Virus record (IMG/VR): IMGVR_UViG_3300024999_000141
Coordinates: 1 to 53,648 of that record
DNA length: 53,648 nucleotides
Origin: a virus
Lineage: Duplodnaviria > Caudoviricetes
Strand: one strand, 5' to 3'
The translations under genes were made by a program, and so were the position numbers. Numbering within the stretch: position 1 is the first letter of the stretch; each line of letters starts with the position of its first letter. The notes beneath the pieces were generated by a model. That model did no database searches. It worked only from the letters and a program-made list of their open reading frames with translations, and was not told where the DNA came from. Of the stretch, positions 8,706 to 17,240 are shown one piece after another.

Positions 8706-10090
8706 GAGAGCACCTCGGCCAGCGTCGTCTGGCGCAGCGGGGCGCTGACCCGGACAGCGGAGGGCCTGTTCATCGTCAGGAACTCGCGGTGGCGCTGCCA
8801 ATCGGCACTGTGGCGGGTCCGAGCCGAGGTGATCTCGACGTGGTGCCACCCGGGAAGGGGCAGCGGCTCCGCCTCGCTGACGCACACGAGGGCGCCGGCG
8901 TCGGCCCAGGCGCGGGCCACCTCGAGCACCCGGGCTCGAGGGAGGTCGTATCCGTACCCGGTGCGTCCCTCGTAAGGCGGATCGCAGTAGACGACGGTCC
9001 CGTCCGGCACACGGTCGGGCGGCTGCAGCGCGGTTGCGTCTTGGCGCAGCGCGGCAACCAGGTCGACCGGTCCTCGGGTCAGGGCATCGACGCGCTCTGC
9101 CAGCGTCGCCGGCGTGATCTGACACTGTCCCGGGCGGTCCTGGTTGTCTGCCCGCCTCCAGTCATCTCCGGCACCTCGCCAGCTGTTGCCGCGGCGGAAG
9201 AGCCAGGCGGCGATTCTCTCGACCCGCCCGGCCACGTCGCCGAGCTGCGGGGGCTTGTTGCCGCGCTGCAGCACCTTCGTCGGGGGGCTGGCCGGGTTCG
9301 GGTCGCCCCCCATCCGCCACTCGCCATTCTCGACCACGACAGGCACCGAGGAGGGCGAGTGCGCCTGCAGCGTCAGCCAGGTGGCCAGCCAGTCGACCCG
9401 CTCAGCGATGGTCGCCTGATGAACGCCCCTGCCGGGCCCCGTCTGCGCCGCCGCCTGCGTCCGTCCGGTAGCGTGGTCCGAGCAGACCAGGCGCTCGCCG
9501 TCATGCCCGACCTGTACGCCGTTGCAGACGCGCCCCTGCAGCACGAGCCAGGAAGCGATCGCTTCGATTCGATCAGCGACCGTGCCGGTGTTGCGCATGC
9601 CGCGGTGGTCGGGGTGCTCGCCGCGCTGCACGGCGGGCTTGCCCCGTCCGGAGCGCTTCTCCGTCATCACCCAACCGGCCGCTCCGGGCCATGCCGGGGT
9701 GTTGTTGCAGGTCCTGCCCTGCACCCAGAGGTAAGCGGCCACTTCTCCCGGAGCCCAGATCGTCGAGTCCGCCGGCGCCGTCGCGGCCAGCCGCTCCCAG
9801 AGCGCTCGCGGGTCTTCTCCTGCCCAGCTGCGCAGGACCTTCGCTACCTGCTGGCTGCAGGTCGGGTCGAGCAGGGAGCCCCAGACGTGCCCCCACGGTC
9901 CTGCGTCGACCAACACGACCGCCTCTGCTCCCTGCCCGGGCTGCAGGCCCATGGCGCCGAGGATGGCCCCGGCGAGCGAGGTCTTGGCGCCCATGAAGGA
10001 GATGGGCGGGCGGCTGATGCCGAGCAGCCGCAGTCCGACCGCTGCCGAACCGGCACAGAGCTCGACGTAGAGCGGGCAGCGGACGGTCAT
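8702..10090 (-). CDS. Dam/D12-class N6-adenine DNA methyltransferase with tandem internal repeats
   Basis: YVELCAGSAAV, FMGAK, VVYCDPPY and C-terminal EFL motifs. Confidence 0.8.
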   Translation of the reverse strand: MTVRCPLYVELCAGSAAVGLRLLGISRPPISFMGAKTSLAGAILGAMGLQPGQGAEAVVLVDAGPWGHVWGSLLDPTCSQQVAKVLRSWAGEDPRALWERLAATAPADSTIWAPGEVAAYLWVQGRTCNNTPAWPGAAGWVMTEKRSGRGKPAVQRGEHPDHRGMRNTGTVADRIEAIASWLVLQGRVCNGVQVGHDGERLVCSDHATGRTQAAAQTGPGRGVHQATIAERVDWLATWLTLQAHSPSSVPVVVENGEWRMGGDPNPASPPTKVLQRGNKPPQLGDVAGRVERIAAWLFRRGNSWRGAGDDWRRADNQDRPGQCQITPATLAERVDALTRGPVDLVAALRQDATALQPPDRVPDGTVVYCDPPYEGRTGYGYDLPRARVLEVARAWADAGALVCVSEAEPLPLPGWHHVEITSARTRHSADWQRHREFLTMNRPSAVRVSAPLRQTTLAEVLS

Positions 10091-10536
10091 CCCGCCACCC
10101 CCTGCTCGAGCATCCGCGCCACGGCGCGCACCCGCTGGTCGTGGATCAGCTCGGCGGCCGGCCGGGTCCAGTTGATGTCGCCGGCGAGCTCGCGGGCCTC
10201 CCGCGCTGCGTCTTCCGCGCTCGGCCAGCTGCGCGGCGCCGCGACCCTGCGGCCGCTGGCGGCGTGGGTGAGCTGCCAGACCGGGCCGACGCGGGTGGCC
10301 ACGAGGCCGGGCAGGCCGGTCTCCCGCGCCTCCCGCTCCACCCGGGAGCCGTCGCGGGTGTCGATGCGCACGAAGCTGGTCGGCAGGTAGGCCTGCGCGC
10401 CTGCTCGCTGGACGTCCTCCGGGCCGAAGGCCTCCGAGCCGCGCTGGACGGCGGCCTCCGCTGCCGCCAGCGAGAGCGGTGCGGTGGACCAGATGCGCAG
10501 GGCAGCATGGATCTCGGCGAGCAGGCGGCGGATCAT
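10087..10536 (-). CDS. Hypothetical protein
   Basis: ATG at 10536; ATGA overlaps with both neighbours. Confidence 0.6.
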   Translation of the reverse strand: MIRRLLAEIHAALRIWSTAPLSLAAAEAAVQRGSEAFGPEDVQRAGAQAYLPTSFVRIDTRDGSRVEREARETGLPGLVATRVGPVWQLTHAASGRRVAAPRSWPSAEDAAREARELAGDINWTRPAAELIHDQRVRAVARMLEQGVAG

Positions 10537-11159
10537 GGCCGAGCTCCCGCCAACGCGGCGAGGCGCATGTCCTCGACAGAGGGCAGACGCCGGTGCCCGA
10601 CGACGAGGCGCCGCATCCGGACGACCTGACGCGAGTAGAGGCAGTCGTCGCTGTACTGCAAGGCCTTGATCCCGTCGGACCACAGGCACTGCAGCAGCGC
10701 GCCCTCCCGCCGGTAGACGATGCGCTGGAAGAGCATGACCTCGGCCGCTGCGTGCCACGTCCACACGGGGTCGGCGAGGTCCGCGTCGTCGTACCTGGCG
10801 CCGGCCAACAGCCACCGCCAGACCGACGGATTGACCTGCAGCGACCCCAGCACCGGCTCGTACCAGCCTTCGATGGGCTGCGCCCCGGTCTCGACTGCGC
10901 CCTGGGCTGCGAGGGCGAGCGGGTCGACGCCGGCGAGCTCGGCCGCTGCCTCGATGTCCGGCCACGCGTCGTCGAGGCGCGCTGCGACGTCGGAGCTCCA
11001 GCGGGTGGATGCGTGGGCGGGAGCCTCGGCGCGAAGGACTATGGCTGCGGACAGAGTGGCCATGGCGATCGTTTGCCACACGCCAGGCCGGGGCAACACG
11101 GCGCGGCCGGACGATTTCCGCCCCGTGTTCGGATGTTCAGTGTTTCGTGGCCGGGGCAT
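10533..11159 (-). CDS. SLT/lytic transglycosylase-like protein with N-terminal hydrophobic segment
   Basis: IEAAAELAGVDPLALAAQGAVETG (catalytic E-T), GSLQVNP, DLADP. Confidence 0.7.
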   Translation of the reverse strand: MPRPRNTEHPNTGRKSSGRAVLPRPGVWQTIAMATLSAAIVLRAEAPAHASTRWSSDVAARLDDAWPDIEAAAELAGVDPLALAAQGAVETGAQPIEGWYEPVLGSLQVNPSVWRWLLAGARYDDADLADPVWTWHAAAEVMLFQRIVYRREGALLQCLWSDGIKALQYSDDCLYSRQVVRMRRLVVGHRRLPSVEDMRLAALAGARP

Positions 11160-11161
11160 GG

Positions 11162-11911
11162 CTACTGCCCTCCCCGCCGTCCGCAGACGGTCAGCATGAG
11201 GACCTGGTAGGACCGCAGCGTGGCCAGGCCGGCCGCCTCGATGCGCTGGGCCTCGTCCGCGGTGATGCCGGCTCCGCCGGGGCTCTGGCGACGACGGGCG
11301 TCGCTCAGCGCCGACGCCAAGCCACCTGCCGCGTCCTGCGCGTCGAGCAGCAGGTCGAGGAGTGAGCCCTCGACGCCTTCGTCCCCGACGTCCGGCAGAC
11401 GGATGAACACCCCGCCGCACGCGCCGGCCAGCTCATGGAGGACGTCGTCACCGAGCACCGAGACGAACGCCGGCACTTCGTGCAGCGCCGGCCGGTGGGA
11501 AGCCCCGCCGACCTTCTTCTCGACCTCGCGGGCGGTGGTCCCGAGGATCTCGGCGATCTGCTCGCGGGTCCGGCCGGGGTTGCGGGTGGCGTGAATCTGC
11601 TCACCGAGCAGGTCTTTGAGCCGGCCGCAGAACTCCAGAGGCCCGAAAGTGGGGGCGAAAGTTCGCTTACCGCGCCCCTGTCGCTCCGACCCGCCGTCTT
11701 CTACCCTGGCAGCATGGCACGCAACCGGAGCAGAGGCGGGGGGCCACCCCGAGGGATAGCCGGGCTGACCGACCGGGCGAGCAGGCCCGGCTGTCCGACT
11801 ACCCCCCGGGGCGGAGCGGGTACCAGTTTGGCGGGGAAGAACCACCCGGGGTCCTCCTGCGGTGCAGAACCGTTGGCTCCCTGGCCCCGGCTCGAACGGG
11901 GACTGCCGCAT
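11162..11911 (-). CDS. Phage CII-like regulator (start uncertain)
   Basis: HTH REQIAEILG..., GGVFIRLP and GITADEAQRI motifs; directly downstream of cro. Confidence 0.65.
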   Translation of the reverse strand: MRQSPFEPGPGSQRFCTAGGPRVVLPRQTGTRSAPGGSRTAGPARPVGQPGYPSGWPPASAPVACHAARVEDGGSERQGRGKRTFAPTFGPLEFCGRLKDLLGEQIHATRNPGRTREQIAEILGTTAREVEKKVGGASHRPALHEVPAFVSVLGDDVLHELAGACGGVFIRLPDVGDEGVEGSLLDLLLDAQDAAGGLASALSDARRRQSPGGAGITADEAQRIEAAGLATLRSYQVLMLTVCGRRGGQ

Positions 11912-11962
11912 GGGGCAGGGAGGATGCAGGGCGCCGCGCCGACAGGAGCGCGGCCGCTTGGG

Positions 11963-12250
11963 TCAGGCCGCGTGGCTGGCCGGAGCTGCCGGACGCGGGA
12001 GCGGCTCGGTCGCGGGCGTCTCCCCGCACGCCGGGCACATCGCCGCCCCCGCGGGCAGGCCGTCCGGGTACAGCAGCTCCTGGATCGACACCTCGCCGTT
12101 GGTCGCGGCGGAGATGCGTGCCAGGAGGTCTGGCCGCCCCCGCCGCAGTCCCCGGGCGATAGAGTCGATGCACTGCAGGCTGACGCCCAGGCCGCGGGCC
12201 AGGGCGCTCAGCCGACCGTTCTTCACGTGGTACCAGTCTCGGAGTTTCAT
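11963..12250 (-). CDS. cro: Cro/YdaS-like HTH regulator
   Basis: SALARGLGVS...ISAATNGEVSIQEL; divergent from the repressor. Confidence 0.85.
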   Translation of the reverse strand: MKLRDWYHVKNGRLSALARGLGVSLQCIDSIARGLRRGRPDLLARISAATNGEVSIQELLYPDGLPAGAAMCPACGETPATEPLPRPAAPASHAA

Positions 12251-12370
12251 ATGGCCGAGTCTACATCGTTACGATTAGGATGCAAGCGCAAATCTCAACA
12301 GAAAGATGATTGCTCGAAAATGTCGGGCAGCCAATTTGAGGAGATCAACGGATCGTTGTATGTTGGACGG
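12251..12370. promoter_or_regulatory. Divergent cro/cI promoters with three operators (CAWC-N5-GWTK at 12264, 12296, 12346)
   Basis: Minus strand TTGCAT-16-TAGACT, then 7 nt to ATG; plus strand TTGAGG-17-TATGTT, then 6 nt to ATG; related palindromes, two lying in promoter spacers. Confidence 0.7.
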
Positions 12371-12835
12371 ATGAAGATCGGCGAGACCATTCACGAGCTG
12401 AGGACGGCGCTGGGCCTCTCCCTGGAGCAAGTCGCAGCCAAGGTCGGCGTCCCCTACCAGCAGATCTGGCGATACGAGCAGCAGGACCACATCGATGCGC
12501 GCCGTCTCCTTCAGATCGCCGCGGCCCTCCACGCCCCGCTCTCGCAGTTCCTCGGCGCCGAGGTCGCGGAGCTCGAGGGCGCGGCCGGGCTCACCCCAGC
12601 GGAGCTGGAGCTGCGGGATCTCTATCGCGAGGCAAAGGCCGAGGAGCAGCCCGAGCTGCTGCAGCTGCTCGAGCTCCTGCAACGCGACCAGGACGGGCTG
12701 CGCCTCGTCCGGCTCTACCGGCTCCTCGGCGACGCGCCGCGCCGGCGGTTGCTGGGGTTGGCGATGGGGGTCGCCACCGAGTCCGGGCTGGACGTGGCCG
12801 AGGCGTTGGCGCCGCCGAAGGCCGAGGCCAAATAA
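12371..12835 (+). CDS. CI-like XRE HTH repressor without S24 peptidase domain
   Basis: IGETIHELRTALGLSLEQVAAKVGVPYQQIWRYE; 154 aa with a helical C-terminus. Confidence 0.88.
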   Translation: MKIGETIHELRTALGLSLEQVAAKVGVPYQQIWRYEQQDHIDARRLLQIAAALHAPLSQFLGAEVAELEGAAGLTPAELELRDLYREAKAEEQPELLQLLELLQRDQDGLRLVRLYRLLGDAPRRRLLGLAMGVATESGLDVAEALAPPKAEAK

Positions 12836-12868
12836 GCCGCGGGCGGGCAGCGTTCGGAGGACTGGACC

Positions 12869-13369
12869 GTGTCAAAGGTGCTCGACGACGAGGAAATCCA
12901 GCGGCTGATTGACGAGCCGAAGCGGGCCACGGCCAAGCCAAGGCGCAGGGAGAAGGCTGGCCATATCGAGATCGACTGCGAGGTGGTCGGCGACTCGGAG
13001 AACACCTACGTCGTCTGGGCCCGCCAAAACATCCGTCTGGACGAGGACTTCTCCGCCGGACTGCGGTTGAGGCGGAGAGGCGACGAGGACGTCATCCTTC
13101 GCCGCTACAACGGCAGTAGCCACTCTCACCCGAATCACATCGAGGACGAGCACTTGCCGCCGGTGTGCCACGTGCACGAAGCGACCCAGCGGTATTGGGC
13201 GCGCCGGGGCAGAGCAGATGGTTACGCTCGCATTGCCACCAGCTATACTGACGTCCGCGGAGCAGTCCGGGCGCTGCTCTCGGATTGCGCGGTCTCGGGG
13301 ATAGCCCCCGAACTGCTGATGCCGACGGCATCTCAGGGTGTACTGCCGCTGGGTAGAGAAAATGGATGA
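12869..13369 (+). CDS. His-motif hypothetical protein (DUF6978-like)
   Basis: ILRRYNGSSHSHPN...HVH motif; overlaps the start of the DUF1828-like gene. Confidence 0.65.
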   Translation: MSKVLDDEEIQRLIDEPKRATAKPRRREKAGHIEIDCEVVGDSENTYVVWARQNIRLDEDFSAGLRLRRRGDEDVILRRYNGSSHSHPNHIEDEHLPPVCHVHEATQRYWARRGRADGYARIATSYTDVRGAVRALLSDCAVSGIAPELLMPTASQGVLPLGRENG

Positions 13370-14141
13370 GAGGTTCACTCAGGCGCTCCGGTCCTTGTTG
13401 CCATGCGCCAAGCTTCGGCCGCTGAAAGGAGATTGGCTGGCAATCGATTCACTTTTCACCTTTCCAGATGGGGATACTCTGGTGATTCACGCCAAGGAAA
13501 CAGCCGGAGGTGGCGTCCTGTTGTCTGACCGAGGCCACACCATGATGCAACTCAGTTACATCATGGATGTCGATCGAATCAGGGAGGGACGACGCAGTCA
13601 CTTGCTGGACATGATCTTAGCCAATCACGGAGTTACTGAAGATGGCGGGGAACTGACACTATCTTGTCCTCTACCGCAGGTTATGGTGAGTTTCTTCTCC
13701 TTCGGGCAGGCGCTAACTCGGGTCCATGACGTTGGATTTGCCAGCAAGGCACATGTTGAGTCCAATTTCTACAATGATCTGCAATCAGTTGTAGAGGGAA
13801 TGGTGAACGAATCCAAGTACCAGCGGGATTACTACGTCGAAGAGATTGAACACGGAGAAATGTACCCGATTGACTACAAGATCGAGGGGAAAGCACCAGG
13901 TACGCCGTTGTTTGTGTTCGGAATACCGCACAAGGACAAGGCCCGTCTTGCCACCGTGGTGCTGGAGCACTTGCTCAGGGCCGGGGTTTCGTTCGAGTCG
14001 TTGCTGGTGTTCGCCAACCAGGAAGAGCTCCCCCGACAGGACCTCGCCCGACTCTCCAACGTCGGCGGAGAGCAAGTATCTTCGCTGTCCGCCTACGAGG
14101 ACCTCAAGCGCAAGATCGGGAGGCGTGCGTTGCTCGACTGA
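13362..14141 (+). CDS. DUF1828/DUF1829-like protein
   Basis: FTFPDGD...LLSDRGHT N-domain; nuclease-like YPIDYKI C-domain; low GC. Confidence 0.75.
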   Translation: MDERFTQALRSLLPCAKLRPLKGDWLAIDSLFTFPDGDTLVIHAKETAGGGVLLSDRGHTMMQLSYIMDVDRIREGRRSHLLDMILANHGVTEDGGELTLSCPLPQVMVSFFSFGQALTRVHDVGFASKAHVESNFYNDLQSVVEGMVNESKYQRDYYVEEIEHGEMYPIDYKIEGKAPGTPLFVFGIPHKDKARLATVVLEHLLRAGVSFESLLVFANQEELPRQDLARLSNVGGEQVSSLSAYEDLKRKIGRRALLD

Positions 14142-14327
14142 ACCCGCCCCACCGAACTCCCCGCCCCACCGGAAGCCCGCGGCGTTGCTTGAGCGACCCG
14201 ACCGTCGCGAGCGGGGCCTCCGGCCCGCATGAGGCCAACCGGCCACCACCCCCGCCCCTGGGAAAAAGATCCTGCGTCTGCTCAAGCACTTAGAAAATAC
14301 CTAAGCAATTAGTAGGCATTGGCGTTC

Positions 14328-14355
14328 TTGACCTGAACATTTGTTCTGGTATGCT
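14328..14355 (+). promoter_or_regulatory. Sigma70-type promoter with LexA (SOS) box in the spacer
   Basis: TTGACC-16-TATGCT; CTGAACATTTGTTCTGG at 14333-14349 contains GAAC-N4-GTTC. Confidence 0.7.
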
Positions 14356-14493
14356 TTCCCCTACACCGAGCCGCCGCCACCTCCGACGGCAGACCATTCC
14401 GCTATGCCCGCGCTGCGCTTCCCTTCGGGGTCGAGCGCCGCGGGAAGGGCGATCTCTACCCGGTCCCCGAGGCCGGGCGCGCTGGAGGTGCAG

Positions 14494-14916
14494 ATGGGGC
14501 GGTACAAGGACATCCTCACTCGCAGCCGGGCGCTGCGCGAGCGCGCCACTGCCGGGTGCGCGGCCGCGCCGGCCGTCGACGCGCAGCCAGACGACGACCG
14601 CGCCATGCCCGAGCTCGCCGCGGCCTGCCGCGTCCTGCTCCGGACCGTCGGCCTCGAGCAGCGCTGGACCGACCGCGGCCCGGATGCCCAGGCGCGCGCC
14701 TGGCTCGCCGCCGGGGATAGCGCCGACGACCAGCCGGCGCAGCTGACGCCCGACCAGTGGACCATGCTGCGGGTGTGCTGGGGGCTCTGGCGCGGCGCGG
14801 GTGGTCCTGTCTCCAGCGAGCTATCGGTGCTCCGTCCGGCGTCGCTCGCCTCCCTCTCCTCCTACTGGACTGCACTGGCCCTCGGAGCCGCAGACGACTG
14901 GCCTACCCTGTTCTAA
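14494..14916 (+). CDS. Hypothetical protein, candidate SOS-induced antirepressor
   Basis: GGAGG RBS before ATG 14494; downstream of the LexA-boxed promoter; function is inferred. Confidence 0.55.
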   Translation: MGRYKDILTRSRALRERATAGCAAAPAVDAQPDDDRAMPELAAACRVLLRTVGLEQRWTDRGPDAQARAWLAAGDSADDQPAQLTPDQWTMLRVCWGLWRGAGGPVSSELSVLRPASLASLSSYWTALALGAADDWPTLF

Positions 14917-14966
14917 CCATTTCGATGAAGTTTTCTGTTGCCTTCTCTAATCAGTTCGATTAAAGT
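14913..14966 (+). promoter_or_regulatory. Early promoter (PL-like) with two repressor operators
   Basis: TTGCCT-17-TAAAGT; CTAACCATTTCGATGAA (14913) and CTAATCAGTTCGATTAA (14947) resemble the cro-promoter operator CTAATCGTAACGATGTA. Confidence 0.7.
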
Positions 14967-15310
14967 CCCCCCATGAGCCAAGGCAGCCGGGCACCGGCGG
15001 CCGCGGCTGCGCAGCGAGCCGGGCCAAGTCCCCGGCCGAGGTGACCCCGGGGCGACCCGGAGAATGGGACGGCGGCGGGCAGGGGCGGTCACCAGGAAGG
15101 TGGATGTTCTTCTCTCAGACCCCGAAGGGGCCACAGGAGGAGGACGTCCCGGCGAGCTGAGCAGCAACGGCAGCAGGCGACGACGGCCGCGGCCCGGAAC
15201 AACTTCGACGGTCCCAGACTGCATGCGCGCCGGGGAGGCCCTCCTCTCCCGTGACCGGTGCGTCTGCAGCTTGGGAACGCCGAGGGCCAACAACGACGGA
15301 GGGATCCCAC

Positions 15311-15652
15311 GTGGCGCACCACAAACTGGCCGGGCTGCCGGCCGCAGCGCGCAGCTTCGCCGACCACCTCGAGCACCTGCTCCGGACCCGGTCCGAGCTG
15401 GGCTCCAACGAACTCCTCAGCGTCGAGGGCGCGTCGCTGATGCTGCTCGAGGAGATCGAGAGGGCAGGGCTGCTCGACCTCTGGGAGCCCGGCCACCTGG
15501 TCGACGTCATGGCCGACGCGCAGGTCGCGCCGCCCTTTGCCCCCGGGGTCGCCGCGCTGCTCTCCGACTGGCGCTCGGTCGAACGCTCCCCGGCGGCCAT
15601 CGCGCTGCTCGTGGACTGGCGCCCCGCCGACAACGCCCGGGCGGGCGCCTGA
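15311..15652 (+). CDS. Hypothetical protein
   Basis: GGAGGG RBS, GTG start, GC3-biased frame. Confidence 0.65.
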   Translation: MAHHKLAGLPAAARSFADHLEHLLRTRSELGSNELLSVEGASLMLLEEIERAGLLDLWEPGHLVDVMADAQVAPPFAPGVAALLSDWRSVERSPAAIALLVDWRPADNARAGA

Positions 15653-15876
15653 TGGGAGCGCTGCAGGCACTGCGCCGCCTGATCACTTACCGCCGAGCCG
15701 ACGCCACCCACCGGTTCGACCTCGGCCTCGGCGGGCACCCCTGGCTGCGCTTCGTCGCCGACCGCGACTGGAAGGGGGGCGAGCTCCGCCGTGGCGAGCT
15801 GCGCCTCACCTGGAGCTTCGGCCCGGTCCCGCGCCGCAAGCGCCGGCACCACGCCGCCGAGCAGGACGCAGCGTAA
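15652..15876 (+). CDS. Hypothetical protein
   Basis: TGATG coupling to the upstream gene. Confidence 0.55.
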   Translation: MGALQALRRLITYRRADATHRFDLGLGGHPWLRFVADRDWKGGELRRGELRLTWSFGPVPRRKRRHHAAEQDAA

Positions 15877-15926
15877 CCGAGGCAGGACAACGACACCTGC
15901 GCCGCGGCGCAGACAGGAGAGACGCG

Positions 15927-17240
15927 ATGAAGCTCGGCAGTACCGTCACCCGGATGATCGTCGGTCGCGGCAGCGTGGCCGCGGAGGTGCGCAAGCTGGC
16001 CCCGCCGCCCGGCTCGGGCGTCGACTCGGTCACCATCAGCGCCGGCGGGCAGTCGGTGAAGCTCGACGCCGAAGGCTGGAAGGCCGCGGCGCGGCTCGGC
16101 GAGAAGGTCGACCAGACGCTCCGGACCGTCGACCGCGACGAGCTGGTCGAGCAGATCCAGGCCAACGCGGTCCGCCCGCTCACCCACGAGGACGAGGCCG
16201 ACGTCTCCACCGGCTGGGCCAGCTTCGCCCACCCGCTCGACGTGCACCTCAGCGTCGAGAAGGCGTTCGCCAACGAGTACCTGCTGCTCGCCTACCGCAC
16301 GGACAGCTTCAAGATCCCGTCGGGCACCCTGAAGCTCCGCCAGCACGAGGCGGTGCTGCAGTGGCTCGCCGAGAACGGCCGCACGACCATCCCCCGCTTC
16401 ACCCGCAAGATCCTGTTCGACGAGGTCCGGCTCGAGCTGCGCGCCGAGACGCCGGTGACGATCGGCGCCGTGGCCGTGGTCTGGAACACCCTCACGGGGC
16501 AGGTCTGGATCTGGACCCGGAGCGCCGCCGGCATCGAGCAGATCGCCGACCTGTTCCGGGCGACCTTCGGGGTCGAGCTGCTGGGCACCGGAGCGCAGGA
16601 GACCGCTGAGCGCCTCGACCCGGAGGGGTTGGAGCGGTCCGGGGCCAACTACGCCGAGCTGGGCGCTGACTTCCTGGCCTGGGTCTGGTGGCGCAGCGAG
16701 CGCACCGAGGGCGAGCCTCTGCTCGAGGGCGGGGCGGAGGTGCGGCTGGCCAACCGGCTCGAGCTCGACGGGATGCCCGGGCCCAGCGAGACCGCCTACC
16801 GCGCCAGCGACCCGGCCGAGATCGGCGAGGCGCGGCTGGGCCTGCGCTCCGGCCGGTTCATCACCAGCGCGGGCCTGGAGCTCGAAGACGGCGATCAGAC
16901 CTTCCGCTGCACCGTCCAGGCGGGCGGGCTGGGGCTCTCCGCCATCAAGCTGCCCGACGTGCTGGCCAAGGGAGAGGAGGAGCACTTCTACGAGACCATG
17001 TTCCTCCTGGAGCGGCTGGACGAGAGGCTCCGCGAGTTGCTCGTCGCCTTCCTCGCCCACCGGCTGGATCCGCGCTGGGAGCAGGAGCACGAGTCGATGC
17101 GCCGCTGGGCCCGCGCCGCCAGCGAGGCCGCGCACACGGAGCTGTTCAAGGCCGAGCTCAAGGGCATCGAGGAGCGGGGCTTGGAGCTGCTCGACCTGAT
17201 CGCCGAGCCGCGCGCCGCGGCCACCGGGGAGGTCGGCTGA
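15927..17240 (+). CDS. rdgC: RdgC-family recombination-associated protein, deltaproteobacterial type
   Basis: STGW, YRTDSFKIP, LGADFLAWVWW, EARLGLRSG and IKLP motifs; AGGAG RBS. Confidence 0.75.
   Translation: MKLGSTVTRMIVGRGSVAAEVRKLAPPPGSGVDSVTISAGGQSVKLDAEGWKAAARLGEKVDQTLRTVDRDELVEQIQANAVRPLTHEDEADVSTGWASFAHPLDVHLSVEKAFANEYLLLAYRTDSFKIPSGTLKLRQHEAVLQWLAENGRTTIPRFTRKILFDEVRLELRAETPVTIGAVAVVWNTLTGQVWIWTRSAAGIEQIADLFRATFGVELLGTGAQETAERLDPEGLERSGANYAELGADFLAWVWWRSERTEGEPLLEGGAEVRLANRLELDGMPGPSETAYRASDPAEIGEARLGLRSGRFITSAGLELEDGDQTFRCTVQAGGLGLSAIKLPDVLAKGEEEHFYETMFLLERLDERLRELLVAFLAHRLDPRWEQEHESMRRWARAASEAAHTELFKAELKGIEERGLELLDLIAEPRAAATGEVG

Noticed and set aside
11435-12370. N-terminal extension making the repressor 466 aa
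   Set aside because: It overlaps cro and cII on the other strand; the HTH and promoter indicate a start at 12371
14960-15310. RNase P RNA or tmRNA
   Set aside because: AAAGTCC overlaps the -10 box and lacks the other conserved RNase P segments; no tRNA-like ends
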